Source of the DNA: an uncultured virus (IMG/VR IMGVR_UViG_3300025961_000410) | Taxonomy: Duplodnaviria; Heunggongvirae; Uroviricota; Caudoviricetes | Reading direction: 5' to 3' (one strand) | DNA length: 26,821 bases | IMG/VR virus record: IMGVR_UViG_3300025961_000410 | Shown: piece by piece, positions 8,946 to 17,312 of the stretch | Position numbering within the stretch: the stretch's first letter is position 1 | Layout of the letters: each line of letters starts with the position of its first letter | Position numbers and translations under genes: made by a program | The notes under the pieces: generated by a model | Told to the model about the DNA's origin: nothing | Seen by the model: the letters and a program-made list of their open reading frames with translations, nothing else | Database searches by the model: none

Positions 8946-9529
8946 TTCCTCAACTGTTGGCTAAGAAGTCGTTGAAATTCAGTCTTCACACCTGGATCAG
9001 TCTCAAACAGACCTCTGACATCTAAGGTAATCGCAGTGCTTTGAGTCTGCAAAATACCTCGGCAAGTCATACAGTTATGCTTACCATTCATGTAAAGAGC
9101 TACACCCAAAGGATCGACATACTTAACGAATGCTTCTACCAGATCATGCGAAACAGTTTCCTGCATAGCTGGTCTAGCAGCAAACATTTTAATTGCTCGG
9201 GCTAACTTTGAGAGTCCAAGTTTCTTATCCCTTGGTAGATAAGCCAAAACGGCTTCAATTTCTACAGGCAAAAGATGATGTGGACAAACACCATGAGCAA
9301 TTACAGGACCGACCTGGATAATGCCCTTGTAGGGTGAATCAAAAGTCTTTCCAAAGATTTTTGCAATATCATCAGTCTCTATATACAGTCCCGAACAAAG
9401 CTCCCTAAAAGCTCTAGCAACTCTAGCGGGAGTTTCAGTGAAATTATCATCTTCTAGATCCACCCCCAGCCCCTTTAGGAGAAGATCGATACCTGCTTCA
9501 CATTGCGCTTTATTGTAAACGTGTTTCAC
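8942..9529 (-). CDS. folE: GTP cyclohydrolase I
   Basis: ETPARVARAF, CPHHLLP, GLSKLAR, QE, HNCMTCRG. Confidence 0.96.
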   Translation of the reverse strand: MKHVYNKAQCEAGIDLLLKGLGVDLEDDNFTETPARVARAFRELCSGLYIETDDIAKIFGKTFDSPYKGIIQVGPVIAHGVCPHHLLPVEIEAVLAYLPRDKKLGLSKLARAIKMFAARPAMQETVSHDLVEAFVKYVDPLGVALYMNGKHNCMTCRGILQTQSTAITLDVRGLFETDPGVKTEFQRLLSQQLRK

Positions 9530-11289
9530 TGATTGATTCCCTTACATTCTTCGTAAACTGTCTGACAAAACTCACCTGTACAGATTCCAGGTTCATGAGT
9601 TCCAAAACATTCTGGTTTCTCTACTACTACATCTAAATGAACTTCTTGCATACCAGATAAATCCAACATCTGAGGCTTAGACGTCTTCTTTACCTTAGGT
9701 TGTTTTGGCTCAGTTAATAATACTTTCGGGACCTTTGGAGCCTTGGGAATCTCGATTAAATGGTGATCGAAGATTGCTGAATTATCTTTTACTGGCTCAG
9801 TATCAACATCTTTTGTTTCTACAGTATCTGACGTTGGGCAAGGGAGAGTTAGACTTTCTTCTTGCAGCTCTTCTGGAGCTGGTACGACAGGACTAAGTCC
9901 GCTAACAACTTCCTGATCAGTAACTTCTGATGAACCATTGATAAGATCAGTATTAAGTTGAGTTGCCAGAGCTTGAATCGCAGGAATGTCTGAAAAAGAA
10001 ATCGAGCCCACCAGCTTTGGCCCTTTTGGTGGCTTAACCTTCACCTTACGTGGTAAGCCTGTCTTTTTACTGATCTTTGGTGGTGCTGGGGTATCATCTC
10101 TAATTGCAGCCTGCTCTTTTAACTTGCTTGGTTGAACAAAAAGTGAGTCAAACTCTGCTTGAACTTGGCTGACAACAGTCCTTTGAAACAACTTTGCATA
10201 ACGTTCAGTAGCAGCTAAATAACCCATTGATCGACAATCATCGATGTAATGCAAAGCCATAAACGATGCCTTACTGCAATGATCTTGAACATACTTGAAA
10301 TACCTATGCTTGTCGTCACGAAGAGCTTCTAACTTCTTGTGGCGCTCAATCATTAAACACAGGTTGTGCATAGAAATGACATGACCACCCGCTTGAGGGT
10401 GTCTCATCGCAGTGCTAAAGTCATAACCATTCTCCAGAATGTGGGTACAGACTGGACATGAACAAGGTGGTTTCTTCAACCCATGCCATGATTGTAACCT
10501 ATCACCAAACGTTAGCTCTTCACCCTTAGCTACATCATAGGGCATGATATACGTTCTCGTGGTATAACCAGAAGCATACGAAGAACTATCATACACCAGT
10601 CGATCAAAGAACTGTGCCCCATATACTAGCAGGGGTTGAACATTCCAACCAGACGTTCCTAGAAAGTGGGTATATCCTGTATGCCCCATGTGCATCAAGA
10701 ACCCCATCATCCTAGCCTGCCCCATTACATCGCCAGAAGGATGAAAACCTACTGACCAACCATTCTTACCGCGGTAGGTAAACTTCGACAGTTCTTCATA
10801 CCACCGAACAGTTCGGTCGTAAGTATGACCATGCAAAACGTTTAACATCCTCAGCTTATCAGAAACCATATTGTCCTGAAAGAACTGAGCATTGTCAATC
10901 GTATCTTTTAAGCCCTGTTCGTAAGTTGCATCATCGTGTTCAGCACCAATTGGGGTATCGATGATGAAAGCACAATCGCCATTTCGTTCCTGCCATCGCA
11001 AGATTTCCAATGGCTCGATATCAATCTTCTTACCAGCCTTCATATTCTGGTGAATTTGAAATCCACCTGAATCCGCCAGAACATAGGTTTCTTCTGGAAT
11101 ACCTAAATGTTTCCTATGCTCTGGCTGGTCTTTAGATGTGAAGGCGTTACTAAGCAAATGAGGGTGATAAAAGATTGAGTCCGGGTGATACCAACACCAC
11201 CATTTTCCAGGTTTTCCTAGAATATCCTCACACTTCAAAAGCTTAGCATCTACGAAGATGACAGGATAATACGACGAGTTGCTAGCCAT
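9526..11289 (-). CDS. TGT-fold guanine transglycosylase (DpdA-like, probably acting on DNA) with a long C-terminal tail
   Basis: LADSGGFQ, IIDTP, VLHG, HFLG, YDSSSY nucleophile motif, zinc site CSCPVC...HNL. Lies next to folE and polA. Confidence 0.85.
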   Translation of the reverse strand: MASNSSYYPVIFVDAKLLKCEDILGKPGKWWCWYHPDSIFYHPHLLSNAFTSKDQPEHRKHLGIPEETYVLADSGGFQIHQNMKAGKKIDIEPLEILRWQERNGDCAFIIDTPIGAEHDDATYEQGLKDTIDNAQFFQDNMVSDKLRMLNVLHGHTYDRTVRWYEELSKFTYRGKNGWSVGFHPSGDVMGQARMMGFLMHMGHTGYTHFLGTSGWNVQPLLVYGAQFFDRLVYDSSSYASGYTTRTYIMPYDVAKGEELTFGDRLQSWHGLKKPPCSCPVCTHILENGYDFSTAMRHPQAGGHVISMHNLCLMIERHKKLEALRDDKHRYFKYVQDHCSKASFMALHYIDDCRSMGYLAATERYAKLFQRTVVSQVQAEFDSLFVQPSKLKEQAAIRDDTPAPPKISKKTGLPRKVKVKPPKGPKLVGSISFSDIPAIQALATQLNTDLINGSSEVTDQEVVSGLSPVVPAPEELQEESLTLPCPTSDTVETKDVDTEPVKDNSAIFDHHLIEIPKAPKVPKVLLTEPKQPKVKKTSKPQMLDLSGMQEVHLDVVVEKPECFGTHEPGICTGEFCQTVYEECKGINQ

Positions 11290-11513
11290 TACTTAACCAG
11301 ACTCAAGTAAGAAACGTTAGGCTTAATACGTTTAACAACTTTTCGAATTTCTTTTGCCTTATCTTTTGATCGTTTAATGATCAACTGGTGTAACGCCTCA
11401 GCAACTACCTGTTCTGGAGTCAGTTCCATATCGACTATCAAATCAGTTAAAACCATTCTATCAATCGGTCGAAGTCTTAGCAGGGTTACTGGATCTAAAT
11501 GCTTTGGTTTCAT
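11289..11513 (-). CDS. Small basic protein, possibly ribbon-helix-helix
   Basis: VTLLRLRPIDRMVLTDL...EQVVAEALHQLI pattern; overlaps both neighbours. Confidence 0.55.
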   Translation of the reverse strand: MKPKHLDPVTLLRLRPIDRMVLTDLIVDMELTPEQVVAEALHQLIIKRSKDKAKEIRKVVKRIKPNVSYLSLVK

Positions 11514-12295
11514 AGTCTGATTGTGTTATAAATACCAGTAGGAGACTTAGCTGAAAAGTGTAAATCAGTTCCTACAACTTCAGCTTTGACATCATCAAAA
11601 CCCCACCGTTTCATCAGGAAAGTTGCGAGATGCTTTCCCCATAGGCTCTTATGCTGTGGATAATCACTTGAGAATAAGAACGGGCACAAAGTACCGTTGA
11701 CAATCGTATTATAGCGTTCATAGTCATAGACTAATCGAGATTGATGTTCAGCCTTTTCTTTGGCTGATTCTGCTCTAATCTCTTCATCAGATTTCTCCTG
11801 CATCAAAGTAGAGGGATTAACATAAGTGTCCACTTTCACCCTCCTTTGGGCATTATCTTCTACGGTTCTCCATGCTTGAACAGGAAATTCAAGATCCCAT
11901 TCACTGTGCATGGCTTGCCACATGTAGACCAACCTATCAAAATCTGGGACCACATGAAGCATAGTTCCAACCCCTGGCTTCAGTAGTCTTTGAAACTCTC
12001 CAAATAATTCGTAGGCAACTGCTGGATGAAAATGTTCCATCCAATGCGCTGAATATATCTCATCACAACTTCCAGCTTCAAAAGCTGAGAGATCTTGAGC
12101 TGATCTGAGCTTTACGAACTTTGTAGCATTAGCAACGTCGGATTCTTGTCCAGGCTTAACCCAAACTCTAGCCTCACCAAGTTCATCTTCTCTACTCAAA
12201 CGATTCCAAAACAGCTTGACACAATCTGGAACCCAAACATCAGCATTCGTCCAACCATCTTTAAGACAAGTTCCAGCACCCAAATGCAATTTCAT
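11510..12295 (-). CDS. Class I SAM-dependent methyltransferase
   Basis: Motif I KLHLGAG...GWTNAD; CDEIYSAHWMEHF; RLLKPG; VVPD. Confidence 0.85.
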   Translation of the reverse strand: MKLHLGAGTCLKDGWTNADVWVPDCVKLFWNRLSREDELGEARVWVKPGQESDVANATKFVKLRSAQDLSAFEAGSCDEIYSAHWMEHFHPAVAYELFGEFQRLLKPGVGTMLHVVPDFDRLVYMWQAMHSEWDLEFPVQAWRTVEDNAQRRVKVDTYVNPSTLMQEKSDEEIRAESAKEKAEHQSRLVYDYERYNTIVNGTLCPFLFSSDYPQHKSLWGKHLATFLMKRWGFDDVKAEVVGTDLHFSAKSPTGIYNTIRL

Positions 12296-12315
12296 CTCTT
12301 TTTAAACTCCTATCG

Positions 12316-12389
12316 TGGGACCGGTCGGGTTCGAACCGACAACCGCCCGGTTATGAGCCGGGAATTCTAACCAATTGAATTACAGTCCC
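12316..12389 (-). tRNA. tRNA with CAT anticodon (probably Ile2/lysidine type; elongator Met possible); CCA not encoded
   Basis: Cloverleaf: acceptor GGGACTG/CGGTCCC, D stem ATTC/GAAT, anticodon arm CCCGG-CTCATAA-CCGGG, T arm GTCGG-TTCGAAC-CCGAC, discriminator A followed by CGA. Confidence 0.93.
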
Positions 12390-12399
12390 AATCAATCAA

Positions 12400-13134
12400 T
12401 CAAACTTCAGGATCTGCTGATAACAAAACTCCAGCCTCTACGAAAGCATTCAATATTCGATTGTTTCTATCTTCACTGTAACTACCATTCTTTGCTTTTC
12501 TTAGGTACTCTTTTGCGATTGGCGAGCACCATACATCTTGAGCATAAACTTCGAAAATACCATTATTACAAAACGCTACCGCTCTACGAAAGCATGCTGG
12601 GCAGTTGCCACATTGTCTGTTTGATCGTGGTTGATAGCAAGCAACAGTAGCTTTTAGAATCTCTATCTTGTGTCCACGCTCGATACCTAGCTCTGTGTCT
12701 AGGAACCACTTGATCATCTCTGTTTTATCATGCTCTGGAAAGACAGGATCTAAGATTATTTTTCGATTAAACAGGTAGCTCAGAGTTTTTTCTGCTAGTC
12801 CAAAAAAGTAGATAGAACGGTCAGGTATAGATCTCTCATCTTTTTGGCAGACCACCCCAATATGATCATAACCATTGATGGCTGCAGCGAAAGCTAGCTG
12901 GAAGTTTCTACCAGGAATTTCCGCATCTTCCTTTTCAAACTGACCTAAGTTTGAAAGCAAATCAATATCAGTTACTTTCAGTTCAGGAGTAACATCTTCA
13001 AGGTTTTTTGTAGCATTAAGTTCTAGTCCTTCGTAGCGATGTCCCAAAGAACAGTACAGAGCAGCTGGCTTACCCATCCTAAACCAACCAATAAGTGAAT
13101 CAACTCCACCAGAAAAAAGAATGCAGTTTGTCAA
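12400..13134 (-). CDS. queC: QueC-family ATP pyrophosphatase (stand-alone, divergent)
   Basis: PP-loop LFSGGVDS, IPGRN, zinc motif CY...CGNCPACFRR. TTG start in a TTGA overlap. Confidence 0.88.
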   Translation of the reverse strand: MTNCILFSGGVDSLIGWFRMGKPAALYCSLGHRYEGLELNATKNLEDVTPELKVTDIDLLSNLGQFEKEDAEIPGRNFQLAFAAAINGYDHIGVVCQKDERSIPDRSIYFFGLAEKTLSYLFNRKIILDPVFPEHDKTEMIKWFLDTELGIERGHKIEILKATVACYQPRSNRQCGNCPACFRRAVAFCNNGIFEVYAQDVWCSPIAKEYLRKAKNGSYSEDRNNRILNAFVEAGVLLSADPEV

Positions 13135-13547
13135 GTTAGCAAACCTTCCACTACTAAGTTTTGGATAGGCGTGAGTGGTGAGCCTGAGACGTCCAAGTCC
13201 AAGATTCCCTTAATGAGGTTACCGCAGACATAGGAACCAGTTCTAACTAGTACGCCATCCTCAACAACACTATCAACAACTCTGCAACCTATACCAGTAA
13301 TCAACTTTCCTGGTACATGTTGATTTTCAACTGCAACATAATTTGGCAGCCTATAAACCCCATCATGATCAGCGAATAGTTTATACCTTTCACTGGTTGG
13401 TGTTCTCGATGGTAAAAGACCTATGTTTTGGATCCAGATTGACGGGTAATGCTTACCAAAAGAATAGACTCGTCTTACCTCATTTGGATCAACTACTAAT
13501 TGACTAGCAACTGCTACTAGCCCAGTTAAAAACGATCGTCTTTGCAT
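13131..13547 (-). CDS. Hypothetical protein with a twin-arginine-like N-terminus
   Basis: Starts MQRRSFLTGLVAVA. Confidence 0.65.
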   Translation of the reverse strand: MQRRSFLTGLVAVASQLVVDPNEVRRVYSFGKHYPSIWIQNIGLLPSRTPTSERYKLFADHDGVYRLPNYVAVENQHVPGKLITGIGCRVVDSVVEDGVLVRTGSYVCGNLIKGILDLDVSGSPLTPIQNLVVEGLLT

Positions 13548-13820
13548 TTAATGCTCCGTTGAACCAAGATAACCAGACCTTAGCTTACACCACTCTGCTA
13601 CTGAAAAAGTTGTAAGCAAACCATCACCGGGTTCCGATACTTCACCTTCTTCGTTTAGCCAGATGCTAACCATCTTCTCTAATTTTACCATATCAGCTTC
13701 GGTGAAAGCACAGTCCTCTTCTACAACATCGAGGCCTAAAGTTTCAGATAGAACTTTGTTAGCAGCATCAACAGAATCAGCAATAACATAATCACAGTCG
13801 TTGTAATAAAGGTTTGGCAT
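13548..13820 (-). CDS. Acidic hypothetical protein
   Basis: 90 aa D/E-rich ORF abutting its neighbours. Confidence 0.65.
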   Translation of the reverse strand: MPNLYYNDCDYVIADSVDAANKVLSETLGLDVVEEDCAFTEADMVKLEKMVSIWLNEEGEVSEPGDGLLTTFSVAEWCKLRSGYLGSTEH

Positions 13821-13823
13821 AGT

Positions 13824-15539
13824 CTATCGAACCTTTTGAACTTCCATCACCAACTCTTCAATGCTATAAGGACTAGGTTTGATAGCATCGTTCCACCATG
13901 GTGGAAGATCTTTTAAAGGTGCTGCATAAAGCTGTGGGTCTAGTAAACCAGCCCGCTTATAGGCAATCCTACGGGTATGGCAACATCCGCAGGTTCCACA
14001 AGGAATGTGGGCTCTTTGATGGTTAACCTTTTCTCTATCGTGATCTTTATTCCACTCTGCATTAACATAAAAGTCTAAGCTCTTCACAGAGTTTTCGTAA
14101 AATTCATTGTTAGGGTAGCGATCCTTAACAAAAACCCCTGAAGTATCGCAGCTCCAAGTTGCTTGCATCGGAACCTTCAGGTGGTGAGCTAAACGAATGT
14201 TGTCAGTCTTCATCAACCTGGCAATTGACAACCTACTCGTAACCCTTGTCTGCGTTCCAAACTCAGCAAAAGCATCAAATCGCTTAAAAAACTCTATAGT
14301 ATTGTCACTATAAGAACCAGATTCTTCAAGGTTAAACCCAGAATAGATACTTGAATAACCTTGCCCTTCAGCAAATGCAGCAGCTAAGGTTAGAAACACC
14401 ATATTCCTAGCTGCAGTCCAACAAAGTGTAGATTCAGAGCTTCTAAACCCTTGAGGGATCTCATCACCATTCTTGATCAGTGGACTAGTTGAATGCCATT
14501 TTCCAATATAGCTGGCATCAACGAAAACTGCTTTACATTGTAGTTCTTCAGCAACTACATTTACAGCTTCTTTTTCTCTTTCAACAGCTCGTTGCCCATA
14601 GTCCATATGAAGAAGAGTTACTTCATTTCCTTCCAGCTTAGCTGAAACGAAGGCTGCTAATGAACTATCCAAACCACCAGAGCAGATAACTAGCGACCTC
14701 TTAGAAGATCTAGCTGGCAAACTTGCTAAGATCTTGTTTTCAAGTTTCCAGTAGTGTTCGACCCCTCCACCATCTAGACTAAAGCCACTATATGCGGGCA
14801 TATCAAACCATCGAATATGAGGGTCTAGCCAATCTCTTCGACCATCAGCAACCTCAATGTTCTTTGCTTCGCTATTGTAAAGAAGATAATCGTTTACCTT
14901 AAGATCTGGATCTTCTTCATCCTCATCAGAATGAACCCATGCTAAGGTGAGTGGTTTAAAGTTACGAAAAAGATGTAGTGTGCCTGGGGACCTTGAATCA
15001 ACTAAAGCACAAGCGAAACCACCAGCAACCTCATGCAATAAATGTTGAATAGTCGATATCGACATCTTAACCGAAGTCTGCAATCGTTGACCAAACGTCT
15101 GATAATGTCGGTACAACCTGGCTAAAACTTCACTATCAATCCCAGTTTCATTCTTAAGATGAAACTTCTCCTGCAGAAGATCATCTTCTGGAAACGTTCC
15201 GTTGTGGGTTAGAATTACACCATCAACATAAATGGGTTGTCTTGCTAACTCATTTACTGAATCTGGCTGTTGAAGAGGCTGATATCGGTTATTGCCTACG
15301 ACAATGCAATTCTCAGAGAGATGCGTTGCTAAAAAAGCATAAAGAGATTCTTCACAAATTGAAGCTCTTTCAGGAGATCTGAAGACATCAACCCTGGGAG
15401 TAGGGGTTGGGTGGATGATAATTACGCCAGTACCATCTCGACCCCTATCCTCACCAGAAATGGCCATTCTGGTGATTTTCTTAGCTAGCTGGTCAATATC
15501 AGAACAACGATTAACCTTAGCTCCAAATATGCAACACAT
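13824..15539 (-). CDS. Gat-QueC fusion (class II glutamine amidotransferase + QueC), archaeosine-synthesis type
   Basis: Likely start ATG 15539 gives M-C-C-I-F-G (N-terminal nucleophile Cys). GATase-II motifs RGRDGTG, HNG, DSEV. QueC motifs CSGGLDS, YGQR, ARNMVFL, WSC...CGTCGCC. Confidence 0.92.
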   Translation of the reverse strand: MCCIFGAKVNRCSDIDQLAKKITRMAISGEDRGRDGTGVIIIHPTPTPRVDVFRSPERASICEESLYAFLATHLSENCIVVGNNRYQPLQQPDSVNELARQPIYVDGVILTHNGTFPEDDLLQEKFHLKNETGIDSEVLARLYRHYQTFGQRLQTSVKMSISTIQHLLHEVAGGFACALVDSRSPGTLHLFRNFKPLTLAWVHSDEDEEDPDLKVNDYLLYNSEAKNIEVADGRRDWLDPHIRWFDMPAYSGFSLDGGGVEHYWKLENKILASLPARSSKRSLVICSGGLDSSLAAFVSAKLEGNEVTLLHMDYGQRAVEREKEAVNVVAEELQCKAVFVDASYIGKWHSTSPLIKNGDEIPQGFRSSESTLCWTAARNMVFLTLAAAFAEGQGYSSIYSGFNLEESGSYSDNTIEFFKRFDAFAEFGTQTRVTSRLSIARLMKTDNIRLAHHLKVPMQATWSCDTSGVFVKDRYPNNEFYENSVKSLDFYVNAEWNKDHDREKVNHQRAHIPCGTCGCCHTRRIAYKRAGLLDPQLYAAPLKDLPPWWNDAIKPSPYSIEELVMEVQKVR

Positions 15540-15540
15540 G

Positions 15541-15867
15541 TCACTTAAACCCAATCTTAAAAGAAATGTCGACTACTGCTTTACCACTAGATTTGAAGAA
15601 TACAATTGTTTCTTTGTGAGTGGGAAGATTATGTTGATTTTCTTGATAAAGATCTTTTACTACTTTTTCTGCTAGTTGCTGGTCTTCAAATGCGTAGTAA
15701 TTAGCAGCACTATAAGTACCTGTAGTTGGTGGATCATTGGCATCCCACCCAGCTTCACAATAAGTCCGATCTTCAAAAATCAATATCGCATAGTGCGGGG
15801 TTGAAGGAATCTCAGAAGGCTTCTTAAGATGCTTTCGTAAATCGTCGTTGTAGTGATAACTGGACAT
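15541..15867 (-). CDS. Hypothetical protein
   Basis: 108 aa ORF abutting its neighbours. Confidence 0.65.
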   Translation of the reverse strand: MSSYHYNDDLRKHLKKPSEIPSTPHYAILIFEDRTYCEAGWDANDPPTTGTYSAANYYAFEDQQLAEKVVKDLYQENQHNLPTHKETIVFFKSSGKAVVDISFKIGFK

Positions 15868-16188
15868 TCAACCTCTCCAAACTTCTCCAGCTTCTTTTGC
15901 TGCTGTACCATACTTTAAACTGTCTTGAAAACAGACACTAGCTTGTTCTATTTTACCTTCTAATCTTGCTACTTCTGCCACTGCCATTTGCTGTACTGAC
16001 AGGTAATACAGTGAAGGTTGTTTATCAATTTCTTGGCCAGGTCGATACTGATTCCAAACTGTGATCTGAAGCTTTTTAGGAACCATTCTCCAATGCTTTA
16101 GACACATAAACATCTTTGGTGGAACTTGCTTAGTGCAATCAATAGCATGGCAAGTATGATTCATAGTGTTTCGACAAATCTCAATCAA
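15868..16188 (-). CDS. Zinc-finger phage protein
   Basis: HTCHAIDC...MFMCLKHWRMVP (C-x4-C...C-x2-H pattern). The true start may be the internal Met. Confidence 0.65.
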   Translation of the reverse strand: MIEICRNTMNHTCHAIDCTKQVPPKMFMCLKHWRMVPKKLQITVWNQYRPGQEIDKQPSLYYLSVQQMAVAEVARLEGKIEQASVCFQDSLKYGTAAKEAGEVWRG

Positions 16189-16378
16189 TCACAAAGCCCA
16201 ATGAGCGTAAAGAAAGTTCGCTAACCAAGTAAATCCGTTCCCCAACTTTGTAGTCTGTTTTATCCATATTCAGTATCATCACTTCCACTAATTTCGAATT
16301 GGTGAGGGCTGAAAACTTAACCGCAACTCCACCGGGAATATCTTCGACAGAAGATACGGTTAGCCATTTTACTTTCAT
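16181..16378 (-). CDS. Hypothetical protein
   Basis: 65 aa beta-rich ORF with an ATGA overlap. Confidence 0.55.
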   Translation of the reverse strand: MKVKWLTVSSVEDIPGGVAVKFSALTNSKLVEVMILNMDKTDYKVGERIYLVSELSLRSLGFVID

Positions 16379-16560
16379 AGCTCTTCGTCTTTCTCTATAG
16401 CTGAGGCATACTCTTCAGCTGGTTGCCAATCTCCCACAACTTCATCATGGTGATTTAGCCTACGAAACTTACCGCAATCTTTGCATACTTCAGATCGATA
16501 TGAACCATACCTTCTTGGTATGTCTTCGCCTCGAACTGTTTTCGTATGTTGACAACTCAT
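16375..16560 (-). CDS. Small zinc-binding protein
   Basis: CxH...CxxC (CQH, CKDC); ATGA overlaps. Confidence 0.6.
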   Translation of the reverse strand: MSCQHTKTVRGEDIPRRYGSYRSEVCKDCGKFRRLNHHDEVVGDWQPAEEYASAIEKDEEL

Positions 16561-17306
16561 AGCTTCAAAGGTAGGTAAAAGCTGTGGCTTACGACACCAT
16601 GTGGTACAGTTTCAATGTGTTGATAACCGTGGCTTTCAACTAATTGCCTAACACGTTCTGGAATCGAAGTGTCTTTAAACGTGTGGTTTTCTACTGAAAT
16701 TTTTGGACGAAGAGTTTTAATGAGGTTTTCAGCACCTTTTAGAACCTCTACCTCAGCACCCTCTACATCCAGCTTCAACCAATAGGGTCGACTAACAGAA
16801 AAATCAAAACCTTCCGCAATGAAATCTTCTAGCCAGGTGTCAAGCTTACTAACCTTAAAAATTGGCTTCCCAACTCTTTCTTCTAAGCTAGGTGCTATAG
16901 AGTAGAACTGCTGTGACATCACATCTAGCCACCCATCCCTGCTATACAGTCCTGTATTAAATAACCTAGCTCTGTCTTGCCAACCATTTAAAGCTAATGA
17001 CTCTTTGAGGAGCTCAACTTCAGTTAACTCATCGATCCCACCTTCTAGAGACCAACTAAAAGTTTTTTCTGCACCTTGTGCCAACGCTGCTAGAGTATAG
17101 CTTCCATAGGCAGCCCCAACATCAAAAATCCATGCACCATTCTCAATATGCCAGACACGATCTCTAACTTCTTGTTCATCGTCGTGAGTATACCAACTGG
17201 GGTGCAAAGAAGACAATACCGTTGGCTCAGTGTAACACCTAAACTGATACTGGTATTCTACTACAGAATTCTTGACAACTTTTAGTCTGTTTTCCATTTG
17301 TTTCAA
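16557..17306 (-). CDS. FkbM-family SAM methyltransferase
   Basis: IFDVGAAYGSYTL; KLDVEGAEVEVLKGA; RPKISVE. Confidence 0.9.
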   Translation of the reverse strand: MKQMENRLKVVKNSVVEYQYQFRCYTEPTVLSSLHPSWYTHDDEQEVRDRVWHIENGAWIFDVGAAYGSYTLAALAQGAEKTFSWSLEGGIDELTEVELLKESLALNGWQDRARLFNTGLYSRDGWLDVMSQQFYSIAPSLEERVGKPIFKVSKLDTWLEDFIAEGFDFSVSRPYWLKLDVEGAEVEVLKGAENLIKTLRPKISVENHTFKDTSIPERVRQLVESHGYQHIETVPHGVVSHSFYLPLKL

Positions 17307-17312
17307 TTGGTT

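Noticed and set aside
15540..15554. Tracked start (MGLSD) for Gat-QueC
   Set aside because: Class II amidotransferases need Cys at the mature N-terminus, which ATG 15539 provides.
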